Shown here piece by piece: positions 63,989-64,000 of a stretch of DNA of 64,000 nucleotides. Numbering within the stretch: position 1 is the stretch's first letter; every line of letters starts with the position of its first letter. The stretch is from Octopus bimaculoides. Its lineage: Eukaryota. The stretch spans positions 1,211,793 to 1,275,792 of the forward strand of contig NC_068983.1 of NCBI RefSeq assembly GCF_001194135.2, given 5' to 3'. Position numbers and translations under genes: made by a program. The notes under the pieces were generated by a model. That model did not search any database, was not told where the DNA came from, and saw nothing but the letters and a program-made list of their open reading frames with translations.

Positions 63989-64000
63989 AAAGGAGAAAGG

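Overview
Eukaryotic, AT-rich draft-assembly window full of microsatellites and N gaps. Its SINE and LINE content resembles a cephalopod (octopus-type) genome; this is inferred from repeat style, not verified. Three spliced genes were reconstructed by hand, all on the minus strand. (1) The last two coding exons of an SLCO/OATP transporter (51941->49116). (2) A complete 12-exon, 481-aa group II PLP-dependent decarboxylase of the aromatic-L-amino-acid decarboxylase (DDC/AADC) family, copy A (41444->16375). (3) A tandem paralogue, copy B (12071->1443, five exons, running off the left edge), about 65% identical to A over 239 aa. Copy A keeps the catalytic core (human-DDC-numbered H192, D271, H302/K303, Y332, G354, R355); only H192 is visible for B. 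Both copies rewrite residues 99-103, and A also changes several normally conserved pocket residues, suggesting an orphan decarboxylase subfamily with unknown substrates. Both paralogues carry a cluster of TTACGTAA/TTGCGCAA-type bZIP sites just upstream of the ATG. The rest is decayed CR1-, RTE-, R4/Dong- and Penelope-like retroelements, tRNA-derived SINEs, MITEs and simple repeats. Nearly all long ORFs in the supplied track are artefacts of N runs and microsatellites.
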